Assembly (NCBI RefSeq): GCF_006345805.1 | Contig: NC_043007.1 | Span: 40,176,001 to 40,240,000 of the forward strand | From: Octopus sinensis | Lineage: Eukaryota | Direction: 5' to 3' | Length of the DNA: 64,000 bases | Translations under genes and position numbers: made by a program | Part shown: piece after piece, positions 39,381 to 51,500 of the stretch | How the letters are laid out: each line of letters begins with the position of its first letter | Numbering within the stretch: position 1 is the first letter of the stretch | Notes under the pieces: model-generated | Seen by the model: the letters and a program-made list of their open reading frames with translations, nothing else | The model's database searches: none | What the model was told of the DNA's origin: nothing

Positions 39381-40944
39381 TCTTTCAAATTTAGGGAAAA
39401 GGCCACTAAACTGAGAGGGAAAGGTAAGTCAACTACATCAAGACCATTACTCACCTGGCACTTATTTTATCGACCCCAAAAAGATGAAAGGCAAAGGCAA
39501 CCTCAGTGGTACGTGAACTCAGAATGTAAAGAACCAGATAAGATCCTAGTGAACATTTTCTCCAAGCATTAATAGTTCTGCCAACTTACAGCCTAAATAA
39601 TATTAATATTTCTAACATAGACACAAGGCTAGCAATTGTGAGAAAAGGGGGCTAGTTGGTGACATTAATACCAGTATTTATTTGACGGGTACTCAATCTC
39701 ATTCAGAGATTTAATATAGCTTATTTCTACTTTATTTTTATTACGTCATGTACATATGTGTCTATATGTATATATGAGAGTGTGGATGAATGTTTATTTC
39801 AGTGGTTTAATACTGACGCCATGTGGGTGGTAATGATAGTGTTTACATGCTAGGTAAACAATACAGCCACTAGGCTTCCACACAGTTTCCATCTACCAAG
39901 TTCCCTCACAAGGCATTGGTCAGCCAGGAGATATAGTAGAAGGCACTTGCCCAAGGTGTCACACAGTGGGACTGAACTATACAGTGGGACTAAACATGGA
40001 ACTGTGAAGTTGCAAAGCAAGCATCATAACCACAATCATGGCTGGGCCTAGACAAAAAGAATATGGAATGCTTCACAAATTAGCATGTCATCATTCTGCA
40101 GGGGCCAAACCTTCCCTGTATTGTTCCAGTTTTAATATATGCACAGCTGAAGCAATATGTTCAAGATAAAAAAAGAACAAAACATAAAACAAACATAAAA
40201 TATTGACAAAAAATAAAAAGAAGCATATGGGTTAGAAAAAGCAAAGAAAAACAGAAGACGTGGATTGCAAGTTATATTTAATTTTTAGCTGAAAGGAAAG
40301 CATGCATGGGTTAAAAATGCTCTTCTCTCTCAACCTCTTTCTCTCTCTCTCTCTCCATTTGCAGTTCTGGAATCTTATTCCAGACAGCTGGGCGAGTTAG
40401 TGGAAGAGGGCAAAGACATTATCGAGTTTAACAATTAATAATTAAGCAGTCAGCTTTGAACCTGATAACAAGACAAAATTTAAAACAATATCAATAATAA
40501 TTAATTTCAAATTTTGGCACAAAGCCAGCAATTTCAGGGGAGGGGTAAGTTGATTACATCAACTCCAGTGCTTGATTAGTACTTATTTTAGTCTGTTTTA
40601 GACCCTGAAAGGATGAAAGGCAAAGTCAACTTGGCGGAATCTGAACTCAGAATAAAAAGATGGACAAAATACCGCTAAGCATTAAGTGAATTTGAGGGGA
40701 GGGATAGTTGTTCATATCAAGTCCTATACTTGACAGAAACTTTATCCCTCCAGTGGGATGAAAGGCAAAGTTCACCTTGGCACAATTTGAACTCAAAACT
40801 TAAAAAGCAGGAACAAATACCGCAAAGCATTTTTTATTGCTACTCTAGAGATTCTGCCACCTCATCACTCTAATAATAATAATAATAATAATGATAGGTA
40901 TAATAAAAAAGGGATGTCAGAAACATCAAGATAACATTCTAGAA

Positions 40945-41565
40945 CAGTGATTCCCAAGGTGGGGCGTACGCCCCACTGGTGGGGCCTGAGAAAATTCAGG
41001 TGGGGCGCGGGGCATAGACGTGGGCTGTGAAAATATTTGTACATGACAAGCGGTCATCGCGGGCACAACCTTAGATTCCGTCTTATTTGGTCGAATGTAG
41101 TTTTAGTGCAGTTGATAATTTGCTCGAAGCCAAGAGAAACTGGCTTGAGATTACAAAACGTGGCGATTTACGACTGAAATTAACAAAGTTGTCTCCTCAA
41201 ATTAAAAACTTGTGCTGTATACATCAGGCACAGGGTTCTCACTAAATTAGTCGAGCTGACCGTCAAATAATTGAACTGAAAAAACGTGTTTCTTTATTCT
41301 TTATAAATTGACATTTTTTAAAAACATGAGAAATCGTAATAATTTTATCGATTTATTGGGTGTTATGCACTTTCAGTGCCTGTTGTTTCAATTCTCAAAC
41401 TATTTTTTTGTATTTTGAATACAATTTTTTAATTTTTGATTTTTTTTCAATTGTAAGTAGGCCCACATGTACTTGTAAATGTGAGTGGACATGGGAAAAG
41501 GTGGGGGCGTAAAAACTTTTGCTATGAAAAAGTGGGGTGCCGGGAAAAAAGGTTGGGAAACACTG
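40945..41565 (+). mobile_element. non-autonomous hAT (Charlie-like) element, 621 bp
   Basis: TIRs CAGTGATTCCCAA / TTGGGAAACACTG and a perfect 8-bp TSD TTCTAGAA. Internal transposase tail DLRLKLTKLSPQIKNLCCIHQAQGSH*. Confidence 0.92.
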
Positions 41566-43182
41566 TTCTAGAAGAACCATGTCCCAGAGAAATCCAAAAG
41601 ATTGTGCTGACAAGTACTGCTCACATACTTAGAAAAGCTCTATCAATTTAAATGTCTGTGTTGTATTACATGAAGATATTTTGCTACTACCCCTAGTTCA
41701 CTGGGTGTGTCTCGGCAAGTGATTGAAACAAACATACAGATTAAAGGTTAATAATAATAATTAGTTGGATCTGTGAAAAATTCACGGAAAAAATAAAAAA
41801 TGTAAGCAACTGTAAACATAATATAATAATAATAATAATAATTCTGAAGCAGAATCTGCATGACACAGTATGACAAAACTGGGCCTTTGAATGAGAAACA
41901 CAAACAATCAATCCATATGATAAGCTTCAGTACAGTTTCCATCAAACCAGTTTTACACTAAAGGCTCAGGTGAACCCAAGATTATAGCAAAAGACAGTTG
42001 CCCCAAATGCTATACAGCAGGATTGAACACGGACCTTGTAATAGTGAAGCATGCTTCTTAAACATTTGGCCAAGCTGCATCTAAACATACTACTGAATAT
42101 ATGCATGAATATGTGCATACAAATGTATAATTTAAAGTGAAACGTAGGCTGTAGCTTTTAATAATGTGATGCTATTTTAGCTCCCAGTGAAATGTAAACC
42201 ATGTTTCTTTTTCCTTTTATGTGGGCAGAAAAACTGACTAATTAATGTTTGCATGCATGTATGTATATTCATGTGTGTAAATATCAGTGTAAATATAGCT
42301 GTGTGTGTGTGTGTGTGTATTTGTGGGCATATATATGTTTATTTATTAAGTCATTAATTTTCAGGTTCATAAATCTGGTTCAATCATTTTGATCTTGTCT
42401 GTAAGTGGGTTTAAAAAGAAAAAAAAAACAAAAAAAAACAGTTTAATAATGAAAGAAGGAAGAAAATGAGCCGGGGACAATGTGGGGGCGTAAGATTAAC
42501 AAGATCACAGGAGCAGTGCTAAACTTAGCTGCAGGAGAGTGACTTAATTTAAAATTGACTTGGAAGCAAACTATAGAAATAAAAATATCACACAAAAAAA
42601 GAAAAATAATAAATAAAAGAAAAATGAATAAATAAATAAATAAATAAAGAATTTGAAAATTTGAACAGAATACTGTAAAATGATCAAAGAAGCAAAATGT
42701 AATCTAAAATCTATTAAAGACTGAAGAGAAAAAAATTAGCAGTTAGGGACTTATATAGTAAGTGTGAGAATTATATTAAAACAAAGAAGTTATTTTTAAA
42801 TTCCTGTTTGAGTCGAGAGAGGAACTATGAAGATTTCGTGTTTCAAGGTAAGAAGAGAAAAAAAGCATTAAATAAGAGACAAGAAACAAAATAATTATCT
42901 GAAGAACCAAGTAAGATAATCTGAGGAGATAATAAGTATCAAATACAGAGAACTTGGGCATAACCTGTACTGGAAGAACTAAGATGTGACTGGCAGAGCT
43001 ATTTTGGCAGCACTGATTTGATGCTGACTTATTTGACAGTTAATTCAATGTTTCACTCACTCACTCATACACACACATGCACGTATACACTCTCCCCCTA
43101 TTCTTCTCTCTTTCTGTATGAGAGCATATTTTTTTTCATGTGTATGAGGAGATGGAAAGTGTTTATGTCAAGCATGTTTACA

Positions 43183-43573
43183 CTTTTACTCTTTTACTTG
43201 TTTCAGTCATTTGACTGCGGCCATGCTGGAGCACCGCCTTTAGTCGAGCAAATCGACCCCGGGACTTATTCTTTGTAAGCCCAGTACTTATTCTATCGGT
43301 CTCTTTTGCCGAACCGCTATGTGACGGGGATGTAAACACACCAGCATCGGTTGTCAAGCAATGCTAGGGGGACAAACACACACACACAAACACACATACA
43401 TATATATGTATACATATGTACAACAGGCTTCTTTTAGTTTCTGTCTACCAAATCCACTCACAAGGCTTTGGTCGGCCCGGGGCTATAGCAGAAGACACTT
43501 GCCCAAGATGCCACGCAGTGGGACTGTACCCGGAACCATGTGGTTGGTTAGCAAGCTACTTACCACACAGCCA
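43183..43573 (-). mobile_element. SINE family A copy
   Basis: Reverse-complement match. Confidence 0.85.
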
Positions 43574-44099
43574 CACCGATGAATAATTTTTAGTGTCGCT
43601 CTCTCTCTTTCACACTCTCTGTATGAGTTAGTGTGTGCGCTTGCCTCCAGTGCTAAGAAATACTGATACCAAAACAGGTGTGATATCCAGTGAGCTATGC
43701 CAAACAGCTGTGCCCAATTGTCACATTTCACAGGAAGCATAGATGATGTTGTGAAGGGAGATAAATCACAACAGACTTCCGAAACAAAAATATTTAAGTG
43801 AAAGACATTAATGTAAGGGATCCATACATAAAAACAAGACTAAGCAGCTCTATATATATCAAAGCAAGTTAAGATATATCGACATGCAGATCTGAGCAGA
43901 TCTATCTATCTATAGAAGCAGGAAGATAAGCAAAGAAATCAAAGCAGGCAAACTTAAGCAAGTAAATGCATACAAATATATGCTAGCAAAGCAAATCCAA
44001 AAATATACACACACATATATGCATAACCAATACAGCTCTGGTAATACAAACAGTGTAAATAGAACTCAAGAAACAAGTATATATATTTTTTTCATTTTT

Positions 44100-44186
44100 A
44101 ATTGGCAGAAATTACAAAGTGACACAAAGGCTGAGTTTTGAGCACAAAACTCTCAGACCTGAAGTCATTTTGTAACTTTGCTGATT
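44100..44186 (-). ncRNA. unassigned miRNA-like hairpin (candidate)
   Basis: Stem of about 35 bp with small bulges (TTACAAAATGAC/GTCACTTTGTAA, AGG-CTGAG/CTCAG-CCT, TTTTG/CAAAA) and an apical TGTG. No family recognised. Confidence 0.45.
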
Positions 44187-44189
44187 AAA

Positions 44190-44190
44190 T

Positions 44191-44228
<38 letters not shown>

Positions 44229-44573
44229 GTATACACCCACACCCACACACACACACACATATATATATATACATAATATATATGTGTGTACATGTATGTG
44301 TGTATATGTGTGTGTGTGTACATGTATGTATATATATACATATATATATATACATATATGCATATATATACATATATATATGTATATATACATATATATA
44401 TACATATATGCATATATATACATATATATATATGCATATATACATATATATATACATATACATATATGCATATACATACATATATATATATACATATATA
44501 TATGCATATATACATATATATATGCATATATACATATATATATATATACATATACAAATATGCATATATATAC

Positions 44574-44626
<53 letters not shown>

Positions 44627-44680
44627 TATATATAAATGCATATATATATATATATATATATAATGCATATATATATATGA
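44190..44680. repeat. about 490-bp compound (TA)/(TACA)/(TGCA) microsatellite
   Basis: Direct reading. Confidence 0.95.
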
Positions 44681-47017
44681 TGTCAGCTAACAAATACTTC
44701 CCCTAAGTTTGGTTAGCAATTGCAACTGCGTTGCATGACTATCCTGTCAAAGAGACATCGAGGCAACCTCATATTTGTTTATTAGACAACTGCTTAAGAC
44801 TCTGAAATTTTTGACCAATGCCAGTATAATAGTATAATACAGAATGCTGTATGTGACTTTTACCTGAGAATGTACCTTAAGAATATAAAAATATAAAACA
44901 AAGCTATGTAGGCCTATAGGCCAACTCACAACCAATCAGTCAGAACCAATTGTAGTCATAAGTTGACAAAGACCAGTATATACGTATATAGGCATTATAT
45001 ATGAAGGTCTACATAGACTCACTTTCAAATGAACAGGTGTTTACTATAAGCCCATTATTATTACACACAAGCACATAGATACACAGTTAGACACTTTGCT
45101 TCCAGGTCAACCTTAGACTATATGTCTTTGTAGAAACATCATTCAGTATAGTCGTGGTGGAAAGCTGGCATCAACAACATTGCCAGGAGTTCACAATCCT
45201 CTATCACTGGATGATGAAGTACAGAAGAACAAGACCTCAGGATACTGAGCCTTTTAGGTGAGATGACAAAGGACCAAGATACCTGGTGCCTAGATGTACT
45301 CAAGAAGACCCGCACCCTGCAGCAGAAGAGTTAAGGCTGATCCTTCTGAAGGTGTAATACATTCATGGTGATGCCATTTAAAAGTGCACATGTAGTGCCG
45401 CATAAAAGTGCCCATGCAGAAACACATAAAAGCACTTGTGCTGAATCACATAAAAGCATCTGTGTGGGGCCATGTAAAAGCACCCATACCACATGAAAGT
45501 ACTCGTGTAGTACCATGTAAAAGTGCTCATATGGTGCCACGTAAAAGCACCCAGAACACCCTGTAAAGTGGTTGGCATTAGAAAGGGTATCCAGCTGTAG
45601 AAACCATGCTAAATCAAACTGGAGTGTGGTGCAGCTCCCCTAGCATGCCAGCTCTGGTTACTCCATCCAAGGAAAACCTTCAGAAATTTCTGGCTCAGTA
45701 GTGCTATCAGAGAAGGAAGAAGAGAACTCATTGCTGGTTTGTGATAAGTTTTATGCACACAGCAGTGCTAATAGCCAAGTGTCTACAATATCACACAGAG
45801 CAACGAAACCATTCTTGATGTGCTCACACTGAGCATTGCTGACTTGTAAAGTTAGAGCAACGTCAAATGGCTGCTGTCACATGTAGTATGCTAACAAATA
45901 TATGCTGAATTTATTGTCAGGATAGCTCCACTGCCTTTGTTTGGTGAAGGGCCAGTAGTTCTGTGTCATCTTGTGGCCACAATAAAAGAGATTGTATGGT
46001 GAGCAATATTAAAAGGACTGAAAATAAACACTTTTCTGTTAGGTCAAGGGCTTCATCCACATTTTCAAATTTCACTCAGAAAGGAGTGCAAGGGTAAAAA
46101 GGGAGGCGTTACTCTCCAGTAAATTTCCTAGGAAGTGTCCAACCCATGCCAACATGGAACATAGATGATAATGACGATGATGATGATGATGATGATGAGA
46201 TGATGCTGATGATGTTGATGATGATGTAAGGGAGAATGGCAAAAATAGACTGTGTGAAAGGGCCAACTCTCAGCAATCAATTGAAGGCCAGAGAATACAG
46301 CTGGCTGCAGCTACCCTTCTTTCTGGGCTTTCTATCATACAGTGAATATCATCACTTCTCTTTCTTTATCCACTCAGTATCTGTGTACCTCTGCTCAACT
46401 TTTTATAATCTGTCAATGTAACTGCCCTCATCCCATCACCCTTTTGGGCAGTAAAAAAAATAATAATTATCCTCATCATTCATAATAAATTTCTTCTTTC
46501 ATTTTGTTTACTTCTTCTTTCTTTGATGTGAAATATGTTAGTCACATTGTCAGAACTAAGGAATACCAAGTCACAAAAACCATTTGATAGGGCAGTGTAA
46601 CAGTGATGTGATGTCACCACAAAGCCACAGTTAGGTCATAAACAGACCAAAAGCAGGTGTGTGTTGTTTGGGTCTAAGCAGGCCCTGATTTACAACGGGT
46701 TGATAATGACATGGCAAATCAAGAAAAAAACCCTGCTTACTGACACTGCCATAAAACTTCATTAAAAAATCAGGTGGAAGGAGAAAGGGGCAAAGCCCTC
46801 TCTTTTCTGTTTTGCTTTTTTAGAGGGTCTGCTTGAAAGAAAGAAAGAAAGAAGGAAGGAAGGAAGGAAAGAAAGAATGAAAGAGAGATAAAGGGTTATG
46901 AATGTGAGTGCAATTTCCTTTTAAACATTTATATTTTTTGGTAGAGGGATGATCACGGTACTTTCCAAAACTGTTACCAATACTTCTAATGTTGCAGTCT
47001 GATATGCCGATACACAC

Positions 47018-47076
47018 TGCAAGCATTACAAAATGTACTAAACCAACAAAAGAATCAGTACCTGATGTAATACTCA
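47018..47076 (-). ncRNA. mir-12: pre-miR-12; mature 5p TGAGTATTACATCAGGTACTGA at 47055-47076
   Basis: The 22-mer matches protostome miR-12 as recalled. It pairs with the 3p arm TAGTACATTTTGTAATGCTTGCA across a 14-nt loop, and the basal helix TGCCGAT/ATCGGCA is present. Confidence 0.93.
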
Positions 47077-48128
47077 GAGCTTGTAGATCGGCAAAAAAAA
47101 ATATCAACGTCAAACCAAGTTGGAGTGGTCAGGGTGGGTGGGTCAGTGGGACCGAGGGAAGAGGAGGAAGAACGGGCAGAGCAAATCATATCAAACATTG
47201 AAATATCTTCCACAGGTGTTCTTGTTCTTTTGGTGGTGCTTGTTGTAATCATCATATTGTTGTTTAGCATCAGTTCAACCTTCATCAAAGATATTTTGGC
47301 CATGACCATCCCATCTTTCGAAATAGCTTACTTCTAAATTAATCTAATGTCCCTCTTCTTTTCTTTTTATCATTTTTAATTATCACAAAGAGTCTGGTAC
47401 ACAAACCTTTTGATTCCAACCCACCCACTCTAAAACATTCAAATTTCTATTAAAATCTCCAGTTTTAATCTCAAAATCCAAACATTGGCTTAATAGAAAA
47501 TTTAATTATTTTACTAAATTCCTCCAAATTCTTAGATTATTTTCAAAAATAGCAGAAACATATAAGCTTTATGTTTCTTAAAAAATATGCCAACCACAAT
47601 TTGGCTGCTATTTCTAACAAATTGAGTGACCATGTAGAAGTAGCCTCATTATCTCATTATGTCACTCATTACCTTATTATGGCACACTTCTCTGTAGGAT
47701 GGTTTAGAGGTTAAAGTTGTTACACAATTAGTCTTTTTTTAATTAATTATGTCTCTCCATTCAAATTAACAAATTAAATAGAATAAGAAACGAATATGAT
47801 CTTGTACCTTGTCAAAAAGTATAAATATATATAAAATAAAATCAGTTTAAAAAATGCCTGGAACAAAATTGGTAGAAAACAGTACAAAAATTATCCTTAG
47901 ACTAATTTACATCCACTTAAATGTTCTGAGTTCAAATCCTATTGATGTTGACACTGTCTTTCATCAACCCAGGGGCAGTGATGAAATAAGAACTGGTGAT
48001 ACATACACACACATATGTATATATGTATGTATGTGCTAACAATTATTTTTATGTTCAGTTATAATAAATACAATTTTACATTACTTTAAGGGGTTACTCT
48101 ATACTTTTGTAGAGTATACATTATACTC

Positions 48129-48246
48129 AAACAAGAATGTTGTTGATAGTGACTTCGAAGTTTTGGGTAGTTAAGCCATCGTTGGCAGTCTGACAATGGC
48201 TTAATTGGCTGAAAGTTCAAAGTCACTTTCAACAACAGTCTTGTTT
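48129..48246. repeat. 118-bp near-perfect palindrome
   Basis: Arms AACAAGA-TGTTGTTGA-AGTGACTT-GAA...AGTTAAGCCAT mirrored across a short loop. Confidence 0.88.
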
Positions 48247-48247
48247 A

Positions 48248-48279
<32 letters not shown>

Positions 48280-48369
48280 CTGTATGTATATTAACCAAAG
48301 AATACAGTGTTGTATATCTGTTGCAGCCAGTCTTACCAAATCAGTTTCGCATACAAATATTGGAGAACT

Positions 48370-48560
48370 GAAAGGTTATCTAATACCATGTGCTTTTCAG
48401 AGATGGCAGGTATGGAAAAACTATGGCCATATTACCCACCCAGGAAGAGGAGAAAAAATTCCAGTCAAATACCGCATAAATTTTTTCTTAAAAAAACTTG
48501 GCTTGTGAGTGAAGTGTGAGAGAGAAGCTATGAGAAAGCCAACAAAAGGGAACCATCATG
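48370..48560 (+). mobile_element. possible Tc1 transposase remnant
   Basis: WKNYGHITHPGRG resembles the Tc1 WKKYG..NLPGRG motif. Short and degraded. Confidence 0.3.
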
Positions 48561-51500
48561 TTCCTGGGCAGGAGAGTTAATTTGTCACAATGGAGAGGAA
48601 GAAGTTAGGAGGCAGAAAGGAAGAGAGAGAGAGAGAGAGCACATGGGAGGAGGAGGAAAGATGGAGAAAAAGAGAGAAATGAGGCAGTAGAGGGTGGGTG
48701 GGAGATGAGTAAGATAGAGGGAAGAAGGAGGATGAGGATGATGAGGAGAAGAAGAAGAAGAAGAAGAAGAAGAAGAAGAAGAAATAGTAATAGCTACTGT
48801 CACCAGACTAGATAGGGCAGTCAGTGTGCGTGTGGAGAATACAGGCCCAACCAGCCACACTACACCCCATACAACTACCCCTACAATTAGGAATATGACA
48901 TGTGGTTTCCAGGCCCGCAGAATCATAGGTCTATGTGCAGAGTCATAGGTATATGGACTACCCCTAGCCCTTTGACCAACTAACACACCTGACCCGGCAG
49001 GTACACTACAACAAAGACAATAGAAACAATAACCAAGTATCCCACACTCCAACACGCACATACATGCACACACACACTCCACCCAAGAAGCTACTGCTAC
49101 AGCAGATAAATCAAATTAAATCTACCCTGAATCAATGTTTGTCTCACACAATATTTCGAATGTTGTACATTGAGTAGGAGGTGATGGTTATACAAAGACA
49201 TATTCTCATATGTTGTAGAATAGCTATTTCACACCATTGGATTTTGCAGGTACCCTCTGGGAAAAGCATAAACATCACAACCCTTCCATTACCCTATTCT
49301 TCCTTGTTAAGTTGGGTTTTAGGATCAGGGTGTTTGTCACTAGCTCTAAGAACAATCACAATCTGCTCAATTTGCTCATCACCATCATCATCTTATTGTC
49401 CATTTTGCCGTGCTTGCATGTATCAGGTGGAATGCCCTCTCTGTTGCCAACTTTCAGCTGTTTCTGAGCGGGTAACATTTCCCCATGGCTAGACGTCTTT
49501 ACAAAGAAGACTTGAAACAAATGATACTGTTGTATGATGGTGAAGCTTACTTATAACCATCAAATGATGTCAAGACAAGGAGACCCCCCCCACACACAAT
49601 GACAGGCTTCTTTCAGTTTCTATTTATCCAAGTCACTCACAAGGATTTGGATGGCTAGAGGCCATAGTAGAAGATACTTGTCCAAGGTCCACTTAGTGGA
49701 ACTGAACCTGAAAGCATGTGGTTGGGAAGCAATCTATTAACCATACAGCCACACTTTAGACTACTCTATTATTTTACTATTTTGATAATCTAGATCAGAG
49801 ATTTCCAAACTCTGTCGTGTCACTTGAGTCACTTGAGTCTGTCATAGATAATCTTTAGCTGTGTCACTGATAATCTCTAAGTATGTTGCTGATAATCTCA
49901 AGTTGTGTTGTATAATCAAGTCAGACCTAATCAATTTTCAAGAATATTTAACTGTGAGGAGCTGACAACTTTGCATGCAATTAAACATGTGACTGGTGAC
50001 ATCATCATCACTATTTATTGTCTGTTTTCCATGCTGTCATGGGTTGGAAGATTTAAGTTCACAGGAATGTAACCAAACCAACACTGTCATAGATAATCAG
50101 AGTTATAATTTTCTGGCAGAGTCTCATCTCTGAGCGAGATGAGGTCTCCTATCATTTAGGATGAGAGTAACTCCAATTAGGTTTAACTCAAATCCTGCTG
50201 ACCTGTTAAACCTGTGCCAGTATGGGAAATGAATTTACAGTGATGCTCTAAATCCCAAGCACACCCTCACCAGTTACCCATCTTCTCTTCTTGTCAAAAG
50301 CATTAACTTCAGTAAAGGATGACAAAACATGTTCAGATAAATTCTCATGCAAAACAAACTTCATGCAGAAATAAATACATATACATGCAATGCAATGCAA
50401 TGGTGTCTGTCTACAAAATGTTATGTTCGTGTTACTGTGAAGGTGTATGGCTCAGTGGTTAGAGCATCGAGTTTATGATTGGGAGGTTATGAGATCCAAT
50501 CCGGGACCGGGGCGGCATATTGTGTTCTTGAGCAAGACACTTTATTTCACGTTGATCCAGTTCACTCAGCTGTAGAAATGAGTTGCAACATCACAGGTGC
50601 CAAGCTGTATCGGCCTTTGCCTTTCCCTTGGATAACACTGGTGGTGTGGAGAGGGGAGGCCGGTATGCATGGGCGACTGCTGGTCTTCCATAAACAACCT
50701 TGCCTGGACTTGTGCCTGCGAGGGTAACTTTCTCGGTGCAATCCCATAGTCAGTCACGACCGAAGGGGGTCTCAACTGGTGAAGAATTATTCAAAACAAT
50801 GGGCTAAAGAAAATAACCATCCCATCAGAACACAAGCGAGTCAAATTTCTTATACATTCTAAATCTATTTGTATATGCTACTCCACTGGTTACTATGGAG
50901 AATATGAATACATTCCTGCTACATGAGGGTCTATATCTCTAAAAATAGCCCCCGACTCTCCTTGAGATCACAACTTGCAATCTTAAAAAAAAGAAAAGAG
51001 AAAGAAAAATAGAAAAAAGATGTGATGGGTACAGATGTAACAGTTTTGATCTAAGGCTACATTACTGTTATTTTGTTCTTTATAAGATGAATAAGACTCT
51101 ACATCCAATAAACCATGAAGACAACCCTGTGCTTATGTAGTGCAACTCAACACTGGCTTCTTTGGGCTTGCGGCAATCACAATACCAGTGAGGAAGAGGT
51201 AGTATGGTTAATAAATTTATTAATATCTTGGAACATAGTAATAATTTACTGTTGTTTATTTAACTGACCCCAGAGAAGATAAAAAAAAAAATAAATGTCA
51301 ACACCAGTGGTAATTGAACTCAGAATATAGGAAGGAGAAATGAAATGCTAGGAGGTGTAAAAATTAAAATTCTTACACTGAAACCCTTTCATTTCTGCCA
51401 ACTGCTTATCTTGGCTATACACACACACATACATTTTATACATACATAAAAATAGTTTGGCCACAATACTCATTGTTTTATATAATGTTTTATATTATAT

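Noticed and set aside
40104-40156. Hairpin or 36-bp microexon candidate on the minus strand
   Set aside because: The stem is only about 12 bp with mismatches, the donor (GTTTGG) is weak, and the peptide does not resemble TRIP11.
44112-44706. The longest ORFs (up to 193 aa), and similar YI/CV/HT/poly-N/poly-I ORFs at 8.1, 10.8, 21.0, 39.2 and 60.8 kb
   Set aside because: Translations of (TA)n, (TG)n, (TACA)n and (AAT)n microsatellites, which lack stops in several frames.
46820-47337. Overlapping ORFs of 70-97 aa, one with a hydrophobic stretch
   Set aside because: No family resemblance. They overlap pre-miR-12 and a probable LINE remnant (STVIIPLPK).
51451-51472. miR-12 seed match TGAGTATT on the minus strand
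   Set aside because: No complementary arm on either side.
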